In this document: piece after piece, positions 1-13,100 of the stretch
Numbering within the stretch: position 1 is the first letter of the stretch
How the letters are laid out: each line of letters starts with the position of its first letter
From: Bacillota bacterium
GTDB taxonomy: Bacteria > Bacillota > Sulfobacillia > JAJZYS01 > JAILZS01
Length of the DNA stretch: 64,000 nt
Assembly: GCA_023512375.1 (NCBI GenBank)
Contig: JAILZS010000005.1
Span: 19,370-83,369 of the forward strand
Direction: 5' to 3'
Program-made: the position numbers and the translations under genes
Notes under the pieces: generated by a model
Seen by the model: the letters and a program-made list of their open reading frames with translations, nothing else
Database searches by the model: none
What the model was told of the DNA's origin: nothing

Positions 1-216
1 AGCCAGCGCCAGGTGGCGCTCATCCTGTACCTGGTGACGATGGGGTTGTCTGCGTCGGCGGTGCTCATGTCCGTGGTGAGCGTGCGCATCGGGGCGGCCG
101 TGCTGGCCATCGTCACCGGCATGTTCTTCGGCGGCGCCCAGTCCTTCGACCTTCTGCGCATGCGCGTGGAGCGGACGCCGGCGCGCGAGGAGGGGCCGAG
201 CGCGCCCGCCATGTGA
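1..216 (+). CDS. 3' end of undecaprenyl-phosphate GlcNAc-1-phosphate transferase (TagO/WecA, MraY-like family), partial
   Basis: Frame 1 reads SQRQVALILYLVTMGLS..., resembling the TagO/WecA C-terminal 'S(Q/H)RQ.V..LY' segment; lies directly upstream of wecB; truncated by window edge. Confidence 0.6.
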   Translation, partial: SQRQVALILYLVTMGLSASAVLMSVVSVRIGAAVLAIVTGMFFGGAQSFDLLRMRVERTPAREEGPSAPAM

Positions 217-264
217 GCGCAGCCGGGCTTGGGCTCGGGGCGAGAGTAGCGGGGGAGGTGCGAG

Positions 265-1500
265 TTGGTCCGCCTGGCCGTCCGCGCGGGGCGCGACCGC
301 CCCAAGGTGCTCGTGGTCTTCGGCTCCCGGCCCGAGGCCACGAAGATGGCGCCGGTCGTCGAACGCCTCAAGGCGCAATCCGACCTCACGACGCGGGTCT
401 GCGTCACCGCCCAGCACCGCGAGATGCTCGACCAAGTGCTCGAGCATTACGGCATCGTGCCCGACCACGACCTCGACCTCATGCGGCCGCGCCAGAGCCT
501 CACCTACCTGGCGTCGGCGGCGCTGCCGCGCCTCGCCGAGGTGTACGAGGAGGAGCGCCCCGACCTCGTGCTCGTGCACGGGGACACCCTCACCACGTTC
601 GTGGGCAGCTTCTCGGCCTTCCTCCACCGCGTGCCGGTGGGGCACGTGGAGGCGGGGCTGCGCACCGGAAACCTCTACAGTCCCTTCCCCGAGGAGGGGT
701 CGCGCCGGCTCACGGACGCCCTGGCCGCCCTCCACTTCGCCCCCACGCCGTGGGCGCGCGACAACCTCCTGCGCGAGGGCCTCTCCCCGGCGGGCGTGTT
801 CGTCACGGGGAACACCGCCGTCGACGCGTTCTTGGGCGTGGTACGGCGGGAGCACGCCTTCCGCGACCCGGCCGTGGCCCAGGCCGTGGCCTCGGGGCGG
901 CCGGTGGTGGCGGTGGAGGTGCACCGGCGCGAGAACTGGGGCGAGCGCATGCGGCAGGTGCTGGCCGGACTGGCCGACGCCTTGGGGCGCCGGCCCGAGG
1001 CGCTGGCCGTATTCTCCGTCCATCCCAACCCGGTGGTGGAGGAGGCCGTGGCCGACGTCCTGGGCGGCCATCCCCAGGTGGTGACCGTGGCGCCACAGCC
1101 CTACGTCGAGTGGGCCAACCTGCTGGCCCGGGCCGCGGTCGTCCTGTCGGACTCCGGCGGCGTGCAGGAGGAGGCGCCCTCGGTGGGGGTGCGGGTGCTC
1201 CTGGCGCGCACGGAGACCGAGCGACCGGAGGGGGTGGCGGCGGGCACCGTGGAGCTCGTGGGGGTGGAGCGCGACGGCGTGGCCGCCGCCCTGGAGCGCG
1301 AGCTGGCGCGGAGGCGGGCGGGCGGCGACCTCGCCCGCCTCAACCCGTACGGCGACGGGCGGGCGGCCGAGCGCATCGTCGCCTTCCTGCGCTACGCCTT
1401 CGGCCTCCTTCCCCATCCGCCCGCGCCCTACGTGCCGCCCGACCCGGCGTCGCTGGGCGCCGGGGCCGCTCGGGGGCGACGAGGCGAGTACGGCGCATAG
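265..1500 (+). CDS. wecB: UDP-N-acetylglucosamine 2-epimerase (non-hydrolysing)
   Basis: FGSRPEATKMAP, VHGDT, GHVEAGLRT, PFPEE, HRREN, SDSGGVQEEAP, NPYGDGRAA motifs; GGAGGTG RBS before TTG. Confidence 0.95.
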   Translation: MVRLAVRAGRDRPKVLVVFGSRPEATKMAPVVERLKAQSDLTTRVCVTAQHREMLDQVLEHYGIVPDHDLDLMRPRQSLTYLASAALPRLAEVYEEERPDLVLVHGDTLTTFVGSFSAFLHRVPVGHVEAGLRTGNLYSPFPEEGSRRLTDALAALHFAPTPWARDNLLREGLSPAGVFVTGNTAVDAFLGVVRREHAFRDPAVAQAVASGRPVVAVEVHRRENWGERMRQVLAGLADALGRRPEALAVFSVHPNPVVEEAVADVLGGHPQVVTVAPQPYVEWANLLARAAVVLSDSGGVQEEAPSVGVRVLLARTETERPEGVAAGTVELVGVERDGVAAALERELARRRAGGDLARLNPYGDGRAAERIVAFLRYAFGLLPHPPAPYVPPDPASLGAGAARGRRGEYGA

Positions 1501-1587
1501 GCCGGCCTGCCGGTGGGCATACGGAGGGGGGCCAGGCTTGCCGAGACGCGGGTCCGGCCCGTATACTGGGCCGTGGGAGGGCGCACC

Positions 1588-1815
1588 GTGTCGAACCGGG
1601 CGCCGGGGACGGGTTGGCAGAGTCTTGCGACCGGCCTCTCGCTGGGGCTCGACGTCGCGTTGCCGATCTTGGCCGGCGGATTTCTCGGCCGGTACGTCGA
1701 TGGGCGGTTGCGCTGGCACCCTTGGGGCACGTTCGTGGGGATCGTCGCGGGCATGGCCGTGGGCGCCTACCTCGCGTACCGGGTGATCCGCCGTGCCCTG
1801 GATCGGATCCGGTAG
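1588..1815 (+). CDS. AtpZ/AtpI family small membrane protein
   Basis: Two hydrophobic segments with GGFLGRYVD motif; first gene of atp operon; GGGAGG RBS before GTG 1588. Confidence 0.75.
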   Translation: MSNRAPGTGWQSLATGLSLGLDVALPILAGGFLGRYVDGRLRWHPWGTFVGIVAGMAVGAYLAYRVIRRALDRIR

Positions 1816-2200
1816 GTGGCTTCTCGTGCGCCTGTTCGCGGGGCTGGCCGTGTCGTCCCTGGCGGCGGCCGGGGCCGGGATGGCGGGCCTGGGCGCGGCG
1901 GGCGCGGGATTCCTGGGCCTGGGCGCGGGCTTCGCGGCGGGGGGGCTTCTGGCGTACGCCATGTCCCGGGCCGCCAGGCGGCCGGGAACGGGCCGGGCGG
2001 TGGGCGTCTCCTTCGCCCCCCGCGCCGCCCTCCTCCTCGCCGCGTTCCTGTGGGCGCGCGCCGTCTGGCCGGGTGACGCGGCATGGATCCTTCCCGGCTA
2101 CCTGGCGGGGGAGGCGGTTTGGGTGGCGCGTGCGTTGCGGCACCTGAAGGGCGGCACCCCGAGCGGAAGGCCGGACCAACCTGCACGGGCGGAGGAGTGA
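1793..2200 (+). CDS. atpI: ATP synthase subunit I-like membrane protein
   Basis: About four hydrophobic segments, positioned between atpZ-like gene and atpB; start approximate. Confidence 0.55.
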   Translation: MPWIGSGRWLLVRLFAGLAVSSLAAAGAGMAGLGAAGAGFLGLGAGFAAGGLLAYAMSRAARRPGTGRAVGVSFAPRAALLLAAFLWARAVWPGDAAWILPGYLAGEAVWVARALRHLKGGTPSGRPDQPARAEE

Positions 2201-2204
2201 CGCA

Positions 2205-2948
2205 TTGGGCGGCGGCGGCTCGGGTCTGGGTAACCCCCTGCTTCACCCGCAATGGCATGTGTTCGGCCTCAGCCTGAACGCGGACACCCTCGTCACCATG
2301 TGGATCGTCATGGCGATCCTCCTCGTGGGCGCCACCCTGATCGTGCGCACGGCCAACCCCGACGTGCCCGGGCCGCTTCAGAACGTGCTCGAGTACGCCT
2401 TCGACTTCATCGGCAGCTTCGTACAGGAGAGCGTCAACCCCAAGGCCGGGGCGATGCTCTTCGACTACCTGGCGACGACGCTCCTGTTCCTTGTGCTGGC
2501 GACGGTGATCGGCGCCATCCCGTTCGTGCACTCGCCTGTGGCGGACGCCAACGTGCCGATCGGGATGGCGGCGATCGTCTTCGTCATGACCCATTACTAC
2601 GGCTTTCGCACCAAGGGGATCCGGTACTTCGCCCACTTCGCGCCGAAGGCGCCGGTGTTCATCCGTCCCGTGTTGGTACTCATGGCTCTGATCGAGCTCG
2701 TCGCCAACCCCACGACGCTGTCGATGCGAATCTTCGGCAACATCTTCGCGGGTGAGCTTCTCACCCGGGTGCTCACCCACCTCATCCCGTTCGGCTTCGG
2801 GTACATCATCGGCTTCGCTCCCCAGGTGGCTTGGCTCTTGTTCTCCTTGTTCGTCGACGCCATCCAGTCGTACGTGTTCATGGCCCTCACGCTCACCTAC
2901 GTGGGCATGGCCATGGCGGACGAGGGGCACGAGGGGGAGGCGGCCTAG
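2205..2948 (+). CDS. atpB: F0F1 ATP synthase subunit a
   Basis: PGPLQNVLE, SPVAD, TLSMRIFGNIFAGE (essential Arg), IQSYVFMALTLTY. Confidence 0.95.
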   Translation: MGGGGSGLGNPLLHPQWHVFGLSLNADTLVTMWIVMAILLVGATLIVRTANPDVPGPLQNVLEYAFDFIGSFVQESVNPKAGAMLFDYLATTLLFLVLATVIGAIPFVHSPVADANVPIGMAAIVFVMTHYYGFRTKGIRYFAHFAPKAPVFIRPVLVLMALIELVANPTTLSMRIFGNIFAGELLTRVLTHLIPFGFGYIIGFAPQVAWLLFSLFVDAIQSYVFMALTLTYVGMAMADEGHEGEAA

Positions 2949-3006
2949 CCCGCCGAGCCGCCGTGCGGACCCGTTCCCACGAGCCCGTGAAGGGGGGTGA
3001 ACCTAG

Positions 3007-3246
3007 GTGGATCTCGCACACGCGCTCGCCCTCGTGGGCGCCGGGGTGGCCGCGGCCGGCGCGGCCGTTGGCGCCGCCATCGGCGACGGTCTCGTGTTCG
3101 GTCGGGCGATCGAGGGCATGGCGCGGCAGCCGGAGATGCGGGGCACCCTCGTGAGCCAGGCGTTCGTCCTGTTCGCCATCGTCGAGGCCCTGCCGGTGAT
3201 CGCGCTCCTGGTGAGCTTCCTGATCCTGTTCGGCGTGGTGAAGTAG
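3007..3246 (+). CDS. atpE: F0F1 ATP synthase subunit c (H+-type)
   Basis: ARQPE loop, IVEALP carboxylate; no Na+-type Q...ES/T signature. Confidence 0.95.
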   Translation: MDLAHALALVGAGVAAAGAAVGAAIGDGLVFGRAIEGMARQPEMRGTLVSQAFVLFAIVEALPVIALLVSFLILFGVVK

Positions 3247-3268
3247 GAAGGGGAAGGGGGAGGCCGCG

Positions 3269-3757
3269 ATGGGCCTGCTCGTGAACGACACGGCGCTGGC
3301 GGCGATCGTCAGCTTCCTTGTCCTTGCCTTCCTGCTCTCCCGCCTGGCGTGGAAGCCCCTGCGCCAGCTCATGGCCGACCGGCAGAACCGCATCGCCGCC
3401 GCCCTCAAGGAGGCGGCGGAGAGCCGCGAGGAGGCCCAGGCGCTGCGCCGCCAGCTGGAGGAGGAGCGGGCGGCGGCAAGGGCCGAGGCCCAGCGCCTGC
3501 TCGAGCGGGCGGAGAAGACCGCGCGCGAGGAGGCGGCGGAGATCGTGGCCGCGGCCCGCGAGGCGGCTGCCCAGATGCAGGCGGCGGCGGCGGCCGAGAT
3601 CCAGGCCGAGCGGCAGGAGGCGCTGCGCGCCATCCGCGCCGAGGTGGCCGACCTGGCCCTGCGCATCGCCGAGCGGGTGGTGCGGGCCGAGCTGGACGGG
3701 GAGCGGCAGCGGGCGGTCCTGGAGCAGGCGCTCAACGACGTGGCGGGTGTGCCATGA
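3269..3757 (+). CDS. atpF: F0F1 ATP synthase subunit b
   Basis: N-terminal TM, WKPL motif, long Ala/Glu coiled coil; operon position. Confidence 0.92.
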   Translation: MGLLVNDTALAAIVSFLVLAFLLSRLAWKPLRQLMADRQNRIAAALKEAAESREEAQALRRQLEEERAAARAEAQRLLERAEKTAREEAAEIVAAAREAAAQMQAAAAAEIQAERQEALRAIRAEVADLALRIAERVVRAELDGERQRAVLEQALNDVAGVP

Positions 3758-4326
3758 TCGTCGACGAGGCGGCGCGGCGGTATGCCCGCGCCCTGTACGA
3801 GGCGGCGGGCGGGCCCGAGGCGGCGCGGCGCTGCCTCGGGCAGCTGGAGGAGATCGCCCAGGCGCTGTCGGAGTCGGCGGAGTTGCGCCGGGTGGTGGAG
3901 CACCCCCTGATCGCGCCCCAGGTGAAGGAACGAGTGCTCCTGCGCCTATTCGGGCCCGACCTGGAGGAGGCCGTGCGGCGGCTGCTCGCGGTCGCCTTCA
4001 CCCGCGGTCGGGCCGGCCAAGTGGCGGCGGTGGCCGACGCGCTCCGGGCCGAGGTGGACCGGGCGGAGGGGCGGCGGCGGGCGGTGGTGCGCTCCGTGGC
4101 GCCCCTCACCGACGACCAGGTGGCGGCGGTGCGCGAGGCCCTCGAGCGCCGCCTGGGAGGCAGCGTGGAGGTATCGGTCGAGGTCGACCCTGCCCTCCTG
4201 GGCGGGCTGGAGATCCGGGTCGGCGACCGGGTGCTGGACCTGTCCGTGGCCCGCCGCCTGCGCGACATGCGCCGGCGCCTCGCGGGCACGGCCGTGGGCG
4301 GGGCGGCCGACGGCGGCGGAAGCTGA
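3754..4326 (+). CDS. atpH: F0F1 ATP synthase subunit delta
   Basis: [17 protein letters not shown]...VGDRVLDLS; ATGA overlap with atpF. Confidence 0.93.
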   Translation: MIVDEAARRYARALYEAAGGPEAARRCLGQLEEIAQALSESAELRRVVEHPLIAPQVKERVLLRLFGPDLEEAVRRLLAVAFTRGRAGQVAAVADALRAEVDRAEGRRRAVVRSVAPLTDDQVAAVREALERRLGGSVEVSVEVDPALLGGLEIRVGDRVLDLSVARRLRDMRRRLAGTAVGGAADGGGS

Positions 4327-4343
4327 GGCAAAGGAGGGCGGGG

Positions 4344-5870
4344 ATGAAGCTCCGACCCGAGGAAATCACGGCGGTTCTCCGCCAGGAGATCGAAGGGTAC
4401 GAACCGACCGTCGCCCTGGAGGACGTGGGCACCGTCCTCACCGTCGGCGACGGCATCGCCCGCGTCTACGGCCTGGAGCGCGTGATGGCGGGCGAGCTGG
4501 TCACCTTCCCCAACGGCGTGGAGGGGATGGTGCTCAACCTGGACGAGGACACCGTGGGCGTCGTGCTCATGGGTCCCGACGACGAGATCAAGGAGGGCGA
4601 CCGGGTCACCCGCACCGGCCGGGTGGTGAGCGTGCCCGTGGGCGACGCCCTGCTGGGGCGGGTGGTGAACGCCCTGGGGCAGCCGATCGACCAGAAGGGT
4701 CCGATCGCCGCCACCCGCCTGAGGCCCGTGGAGGCCGTCGCCCCCGGCGTCATCGACCGCCAGAGCGTGAACACGCCCCTGCAGACCGGCCTCAAGGCCA
4801 TCGACTCCATGGTGCCGATCGGGCGCGGCCAGCGCGAGCTCATCATCGGCGACCGGTCGACCGGCAAGACGGCGGTGGTCGTGGACACGATCCTCAACCA
4901 GAAGGGCCAGGGGGTCAAGTGCATCTACGTCGCCATCGGCCAGAAGGCGTCGACGGTGGCGCGGGTGGTGAAGACCCTGGAGGACGCGGGGGCGATGGAG
5001 TACACGACGGTGGTCGTGGCCTCCGCCTCCGAGCCGGCGCCGCTGCAGTACCTGGCGCCATACGCGGGCTGCGCCATGGGCGAAGAGTTCATGTACCGGG
5101 GCGAGGACGCGTTGGTGGTGTACGACGACCTGTCGAAGCACGCCGTCGCCTACCGCGCCATGTCGCTCCTGCTGCGTCGGCCGCCGGGGCGCGAGGCCTA
5201 CCCCGGGGACGTGTTCTACCTGCACAGCCGCCTGCTGGAGCGGGCGGCGCGCATGAACGACGCCCTGGGCGGGGGCTCGCTCACCGCCCTGCCGATCATC
5301 GAGACCCAGGCGGGCGACATCGCCGCGTACATCCCGACGAACGTGATCTCCATCACCGACGGGCAGATCTTCCTCGAGAGCGACCTGTTCTTCGCCGGCA
5401 TCCGGCCGGCCATCAACGTCGGCACCTCGGTTTCCCGTGTCGGCAGCGCGGCGCAGATCCCGGCCATGAAGCGCGTGGCCGGCCGCCTGCGCCTCGACCT
5501 TGCCCAGTACCGCGAGCTGGCCGCCTTCGCCCAGTTCGGCTCGGACCTCGACAAGGCCACCCAGGCGTTGCTGCGCCGGGGTGAGCGCACGACCGAGATC
5601 CTCAAGCAGGACCAGTACGTGCCCATGCCGGTGGAGGAGCAGGTGGTGGTCATCTACGCCGCCACCTCGGGCAGCCTGGACAACGTCGACGTGGCGAGCA
5701 TCGGCCGGTTCGAGAAGGAGTTCCTCGCCTTCCTCAAGGCCGAGCACCCGAAGGTGCTGGAGACGATCCGGGACACGAAGCGGCTGGACGACGAGACGGA
5801 GGCGGAGCTCAAGCGCGCCCTCGAGGAGTTCGTCCCCGCCTTCGCTCCCGCCGCCGGCAGGGGGGCGTAG
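4344..5870 (+). CDS. atpA: F0F1 ATP synthase subunit alpha
   Basis: [50 protein letters not shown]; AAGGAGG RBS. Confidence 0.98.
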   Translation: MKLRPEEITAVLRQEIEGYEPTVALEDVGTVLTVGDGIARVYGLERVMAGELVTFPNGVEGMVLNLDEDTVGVVLMGPDDEIKEGDRVTRTGRVVSVPVGDALLGRVVNALGQPIDQKGPIAATRLRPVEAVAPGVIDRQSVNTPLQTGLKAIDSMVPIGRGQRELIIGDRSTGKTAVVVDTILNQKGQGVKCIYVAIGQKASTVARVVKTLEDAGAMEYTTVVVASASEPAPLQYLAPYAGCAMGEEFMYRGEDALVVYDDLSKHAVAYRAMSLLLRRPPGREAYPGDVFYLHSRLLERAARMNDALGGGSLTALPIIETQAGDIAAYIPTNVISITDGQIFLESDLFFAGIRPAINVGTSVSRVGSAAQIPAMKRVAGRLRLDLAQYRELAAFAQFGSDLDKATQALLRRGERTTEILKQDQYVPMPVEEQVVVIYAATSGSLDNVDVASIGRFEKEFLAFLKAEHPKVLETIRDTKRLDDETEAELKRALEEFVPAFAPAAGRGA

Positions 5871-5872
5871 CG

Positions 5873-8261
<2,389 letters not shown>

Positions 8262-8277
8262 GCGGGGAGGCGAGGGC

Positions 8278-8709
8278 GTGGCGACGGCCTTTCGGCTGCG
8301 CGTGGTGAGCGCCAGCCGTCAGCTGTTCGACGGCGAGGCCGTGTACGTGCACGTGGCGGGGATCGACGGCGAGATGGGCATCCTCGCCCATCACCTGCCG
8401 CTCGTGACCGCGTTGCGCATCGCCCCGGTGGAGGTGGAGACGGCGGCGGGGGAGCGCCTCGCCTTCGCCGTGCACGGGGGCTTCCTGCAGGTGCGCCCGG
8501 ACGGGGTGGTGATCCTGGCCGAGGTGGCCGAGGGGCGCGACGACATCCACGTAGCGCGGGCACGCGCCGCCCTGGAGCGGGCGCAGGCCCGACTGGCGGG
8601 CGGCGGGCCCGAGGTCGACCGAGTCCGTGCCCAGGCGGCCCTGGAGCGGGCCCGCACGCGCCTGCGAGTGGCGGGGGCGCTGGAGGCGGAGGGCGTCCGC
8701 ACGGCCTGA
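8278..8709 (+). CDS. atpC: F0F1 ATP synthase subunit epsilon
   Basis: GEMGILAHH, GGFLQV, C-terminal RA.AALERA helices. Confidence 0.93.
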   Translation: MATAFRLRVVSASRQLFDGEAVYVHVAGIDGEMGILAHHLPLVTALRIAPVEVETAAGERLAFAVHGGFLQVRPDGVVILAEVAEGRDDIHVARARAALERAQARLAGGGPEVDRVRAQAALERARTRLRVAGALEAEGVRTA

Positions 8710-8729
8710 GGGCGACGGGGGGCGAGCGG

Positions 8730-9398
8730 TTGGGCGGCGGGCGTTCGCTCGCGGGCGAGGGCCCGGCGGGGGCGGCGGCGGCGTACGCCGCCTACCTCGA
8801 CACGTTGCCGGTGCGGCCCCATCACGGCGACGGCGCCTTTCCCCGCCCGGCGGCGGCCGCCTTGGCCCACGCCCTGGCGTCGGGGGAGGGCGGGCCGGCC
8901 GGTGGGTCCGGCCCGCCCTGGAGCGGCGCCTGGTGGACGCAGCGGGCCTTGGTCTTGGGCGCGGCCGCGTTGGCGGCCGCGCCCTCGGCGCCGGCGCGCC
9001 GGCGCGACATCGCGTGGGCGGCGCTCCTCTTACCGGTGGGCGCCCTCCTCGGCACGAGGCTGCTCGCGGCCATGGGAGGGGTGGAGCTGTGGCGCGACGC
9101 CCCCGCTGCCCTGCGGGCGGCGGTCTTCTCGGGCCGCCTGGAGGGAGTGCCTGGGCCTGCCCGCAGCCTGCTCCTGCGTTTGGGGGGCGAGGGGGAGGGG
9201 GAGGCGCGCCGCCTTCGACTGGCGCGCCCCCTGCTCGCGCTCGCCGCCGCCGCCCACGCCTGCGACCTGGCCCTCCTCCTCGCCCCTGCCTGGCGCCGGC
9301 CCGCCGATCCGCTGGTCAACGCCCTCCTCGTGCGGTACCGTGGGCGCATCGACGGGGCGCGGCGGGCCGGTGCCCTGCCGGAGGCGGGGAGGGGGTGA
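8730..9398 (+). CDS. hypothetical protein
   Basis: 222-aa ORF filling the gap between atpC and nrdR; no recognised motif. Confidence 0.5.
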   Translation: MGGGRSLAGEGPAGAAAAYAAYLDTLPVRPHHGDGAFPRPAAAALAHALASGEGGPAGGSGPPWSGAWWTQRALVLGAAALAAAPSAPARRRDIAWAALLLPVGALLGTRLLAAMGGVELWRDAPAALRAAVFSGRLEGVPGPARSLLLRLGGEGEGEARRLRLARPLLALAAAAHACDLALLLAPAWRRPADPLVNALLVRYRGRIDGARRAGALPEAGRG

Positions 9399-9405
9399 GG
9401 GCGGC

Positions 9406-9903
9406 GTGCACTGCCCCTTTTGCCGCGCGGACGAGACGCGGGTGATCGACTCGCGCCCCAACGCGGCCGGCACGGAGGTGCGGCGCCGGCGGGTGTGCGA
9501 CCGCTGCGGCCGCCGCTTCACCACGGTGGAGCGGTGGGAGCGCAGGTCGGTGCAGGTGGTGAAGAAGGACGGCCGGCGTGAGCCGTTCGACCGCGCGAAG
9601 ATCGTGCGCGGGGTGCGGACGGCGTGCGAGAAACGGCCGGTGGCCGAGGCCGAGATCGAACGGCTGGTCGACGAGGTGGAGGCCGAGGTGCGCGAGGGAG
9701 GGGAAAGGGAGATCCCCAGCCGGGCCATCGGCGACGCCGTCATGCGCCGGCTGCGCGACCTGGACGAGGTGGCCTACGTGCGCTTCGCCTCCGTCTACCG
9801 CCAGTTCGGGGACCTGGAGCGGTTCTACGAGGAGCTGCGCCGCCTGGGGGTGGGGGGCAACGGCGCCCCGTCGGGCGGCGGTTCGGCGTCCCCCCCCACC
9901 TAG
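9406..9903 (+). CDS. nrdR: transcriptional repressor NrdR
   Basis: CPFC...RVIDSR...[17 protein letters not shown] zinc ribbon, ATP-cone [25 protein letters not shown]. Confidence 0.96.
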   Translation: MHCPFCRADETRVIDSRPNAAGTEVRRRRVCDRCGRRFTTVERWERRSVQVVKKDGRREPFDRAKIVRGVRTACEKRPVAEAEIERLVDEVEAEVREGGEREIPSRAIGDAVMRRLRDLDEVAYVRFASVYRQFGDLERFYEELRRLGVGGNGAPSGGGSASPPT

Positions 9904-9943
9904 ATGTTGCTTCGGTTTCGATATCGTCCCCAACATGTGGTGA
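9897..9943 (+). promoter_or_regulatory. tandem NrdR boxes
   Basis: CACCTAGATGTTGCTT (9897-9912) and CCCCAACATGTGGTGA (9928-9943) fit acaCwAtATaTwGtgt, 31 bp apart, upstream of nrdJ. Confidence 0.75.
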
Positions 9944-10107
9944 AAGCGGGCGTCCGCCCGCGCTTGCCGGGGAACGGGCGGAGGAAGCGGGGGAGAGCGG
10001 GGCCCACGGCCTGTCCGCAGGGTTCGACCCTTGCGCACCGGTCGCTATGCTGGAGGCGCGACGGTGGCCGTCCACCGTCCAGGCATGCAGGGTGGGGAGG
10101 GGACCAG

Positions 10108-13100
10108 GTGGGCGATCCCGGCGTCGGTCCCGAGGTCGTGCCAGTGGGCGGGGGCGGCGGCGCCGCTCCCGGAGTCGGTGCGAGGAAGGGGGAGGGGCAG
10201 GGCGGCGAGGGCGGCTACGACCCCTCCCGCCACTTCGGCTCCGACCTGGCGTACAAGGTGTTCTTGGACCGCTATACCAAGAAGGACATCGAGCGCCGCT
10301 TCCGCGTGGGCGACGTGGCGCTGGCGCTCGTCCTGGACGATCCGCAGTGGCCGCGCAAGGAGGTGGCGCGCGTCCTGCGGGTGGACGGCGACGAGCTGGA
10401 GCTCGAGATCGTCACCGGTCCGGAGAAGGGCGAGCGCATCCGGCGGGAGCGCAGCGCCTGCGACCGCCCGGTGGAGACCACGCCCGAGGCGGTGTGGCGC
10501 CGGGTGGCCGACGCCCTGGCGGAGGTGGAGCGCGAGGAGGTCCGCCCCCTGTGGCGGGAGCGCTTCTACGAGGCGCTGTCCGGGTGGAAGTTCGTCCCCG
10601 GCGGGCGCATCCTGGCTGGAGCGGGCATGGGTAACCTCACGCTGTACAACTGCTACGTCGTCCCCAGCCCCCGCGACTCCCGCCAGGGCATCATCGAGAC
10701 CCTGGGACAGATGATCGAGATCATGTCCCGCGGGGGAGGCGTGGGCATCAACGTCTCCTCCCTGCGTCCGCGCCGCGCCGTGGTGCGGGGCGTGAACGGG
10801 CGCTCGAGCGGGGCGGTCTCCTGGATGGACCTGTACTCGCGCGCCACGGGCTTGGTGGAGCAGGGAGGCAGCCGCCGCGGCGCCCTGATGCTCATGCTCC
10901 ACGACTGGCACCCCGACCTTCTGCGGTTCATCGACGCCAAGCGCACGCCCGGCATGGTGGAGAACGCGAACATCTCCGTGTGCGTCTCCGACGCCTTCAT
11001 GCAGGCGGTCAAGCGGGACGAGATGTGGGAACTCCGCTTCCCCGACACGGACGACCCCGATTACAACGCGCTGTGGACCGGTGACCTCGAGGCGTGGGAG
11101 CGGGCCGGCAAGCCCACGATCACCTACGACCGGCGCCCGGCGCGGGAGATCTGGCAGCGCCTGATCGAGAGCGCCTGGGCCAGCGCCGAACCGGGCATCG
11201 CCTTTCTGGAGCGTTCGAACAAGCAGTCGAACTCCTGGTACTTCCACCCCCTCATCGCCACCAACCCGTGCGTCACCGGCGACACCCTCATCTTCACCGG
11301 CCAGGGCCTGCGGCGGGCGGACGAGCTCTTCCTGTCCCACACGCCGGTGGAGGCGGTGGTGGACGGGCGCATGAAGGCGGGGCGGACGGCCGCGGCATCG
11401 CCCGTCTTCCTCACCGGCCTCAAGCCGGTGGTGCGCGTGCTCACGCGCGAGGGATACAGCGTTCGCGTCACGCCCGACCACCGGATCTACTCCGACGAGC
11501 GCGGCTGGGTGCCGGCGGCCGAGCTCAGGCGGGGGGAGGCCGTCCGCATCCTCGACCATCCGGGCGGCTTCGGTACGGAAGGGAGCGAGGACCTGGGGCG
11601 CGTCCTCGGCTACATGTCGGTGGCGGCGAGGCGGCGCGGCGACACGCTGCGGCTCGCCTTCGCCCCGGAGCGCCAGGCGGAGCTGGAGCCCCTCCTCACG
11701 GCTTGCGTGCGTCGGCTGGGCGGGGTGGGGGAGGACGCCGCCGGTGCCGGCGGCCCGGCCCGGCGCAGCCGAAGCGCCGCCATGGTGGGACATCAGCTGG
11801 GTGAGATCGCCTTCGCCCACGGCCTGGGCGTGGGCTCGCCCGCCGTGCCCGACGCCGTGAGCCGCGGCAGCGAGGCGATGCAGCGCGGCTACCTGCAGGC
11901 GGTGTTCGAGGCGGGGGGCTACCTCTCCCAGGCGCGGGGGCGGCCCGTGCTCACGGCGCGCGCGCCTGCCGGGCTCTTGCGGGGCGTGCAGCAGCTGCTC
12001 CTCAACATGGGCATCGCTTCCCGCCTGCGCACGGCGCGCGGGCATGAGCTGGACGACAACCTCCCCGCCTTGCTCACGTTGGAGCGGGAGGGCCTGCTCC
12101 GCTTCTGCGCCGTCGTGGGCGCCCTGTCGCCCAGCCGGCGCGGGGCGCTGGCGGACGCGGCGGCGGAGCTGCGCCGCCACCCCCTGGCGCCCGAGCGCTA
12201 CGTGGCCCACGTGGAGCGCGTGGTGGAGGACGGCATGGAGGCGGTCTACGACCTCACGGAGCCGGAGACCCACTCCTTCGTGGCGGGCGGCCTCGTGGTG
12301 CACAACTGCGCCGAGCAGCCCCTGCCGGCGTGGGGCGTCTGCTGCCTGGGGCACGTCAACCTCTCCCGCTTCGTGGCGGAGGGCGAGGTGGACTGGGACG
12401 GGCTGAGCCGCACCGTGCGCGCCGCCGTGCGCTTCTTGGACAACGTGGTGGACGCCACCCCGTACTATTTCGAGGAGAACGCCGCCACCCAGAAGGGCGA
12501 GCGGCGCCTGGGGCTGGGCACGATGGGGCTGGGGGAGGTGCTCATCCGCCTGGGCATGCGCTACGGCTCGCCCGAGTCGGTGCGCTTCATCGACCGCCTG
12601 TACGCCTTCATCGCCCACGAGGCGTACGCCGCCTCCTGCGACCTGGCCGAGGAGAAGGGCGCCTTCCCCCTCTTCGACCCCGAGCGCTTCCTCGAAAGCG
12701 GCTTCATGCAGGGCATGCCGGAGGACATCCGCGAGCGCGTGCGGACCAAGGGGATCCGCAACGTCACCCTCCTCACGCAGGCACCGACGGGGACGGTGGG
12801 CACGATGGTGGGCACCTCCACCGGCATCGAGCCCTTCTACGCCCTCAAGTACCTGCGCCAGAGCCGCCTGGGGGTGGACGAGCAGTACGTCGCGGTGGCG
12901 GAGGAGTGGATGCGCGACCACCCCGGGGAGCCGTTACCGCCGTACTTCGTGGGCGCCATGGATCTGACGCCGGACGAGCACATCCGCGTGCAGGCGGCGG
13001 TGCAGCGCTGGACCGACTCGTCCATCTCCAAGACGGCCAACGCCCCCGCCGACTACACGGTGGAGGACACGCGCCGCCTGTACGAGCTGGCCTACGACCT

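Noticed and set aside
9945-10105. Cobalamin riboswitch upstream of B12-dependent nrdJ
   Set aside because: Contains GGGAA but I could not find the B12-box or the other conserved elements; NrdR boxes already explain regulation.
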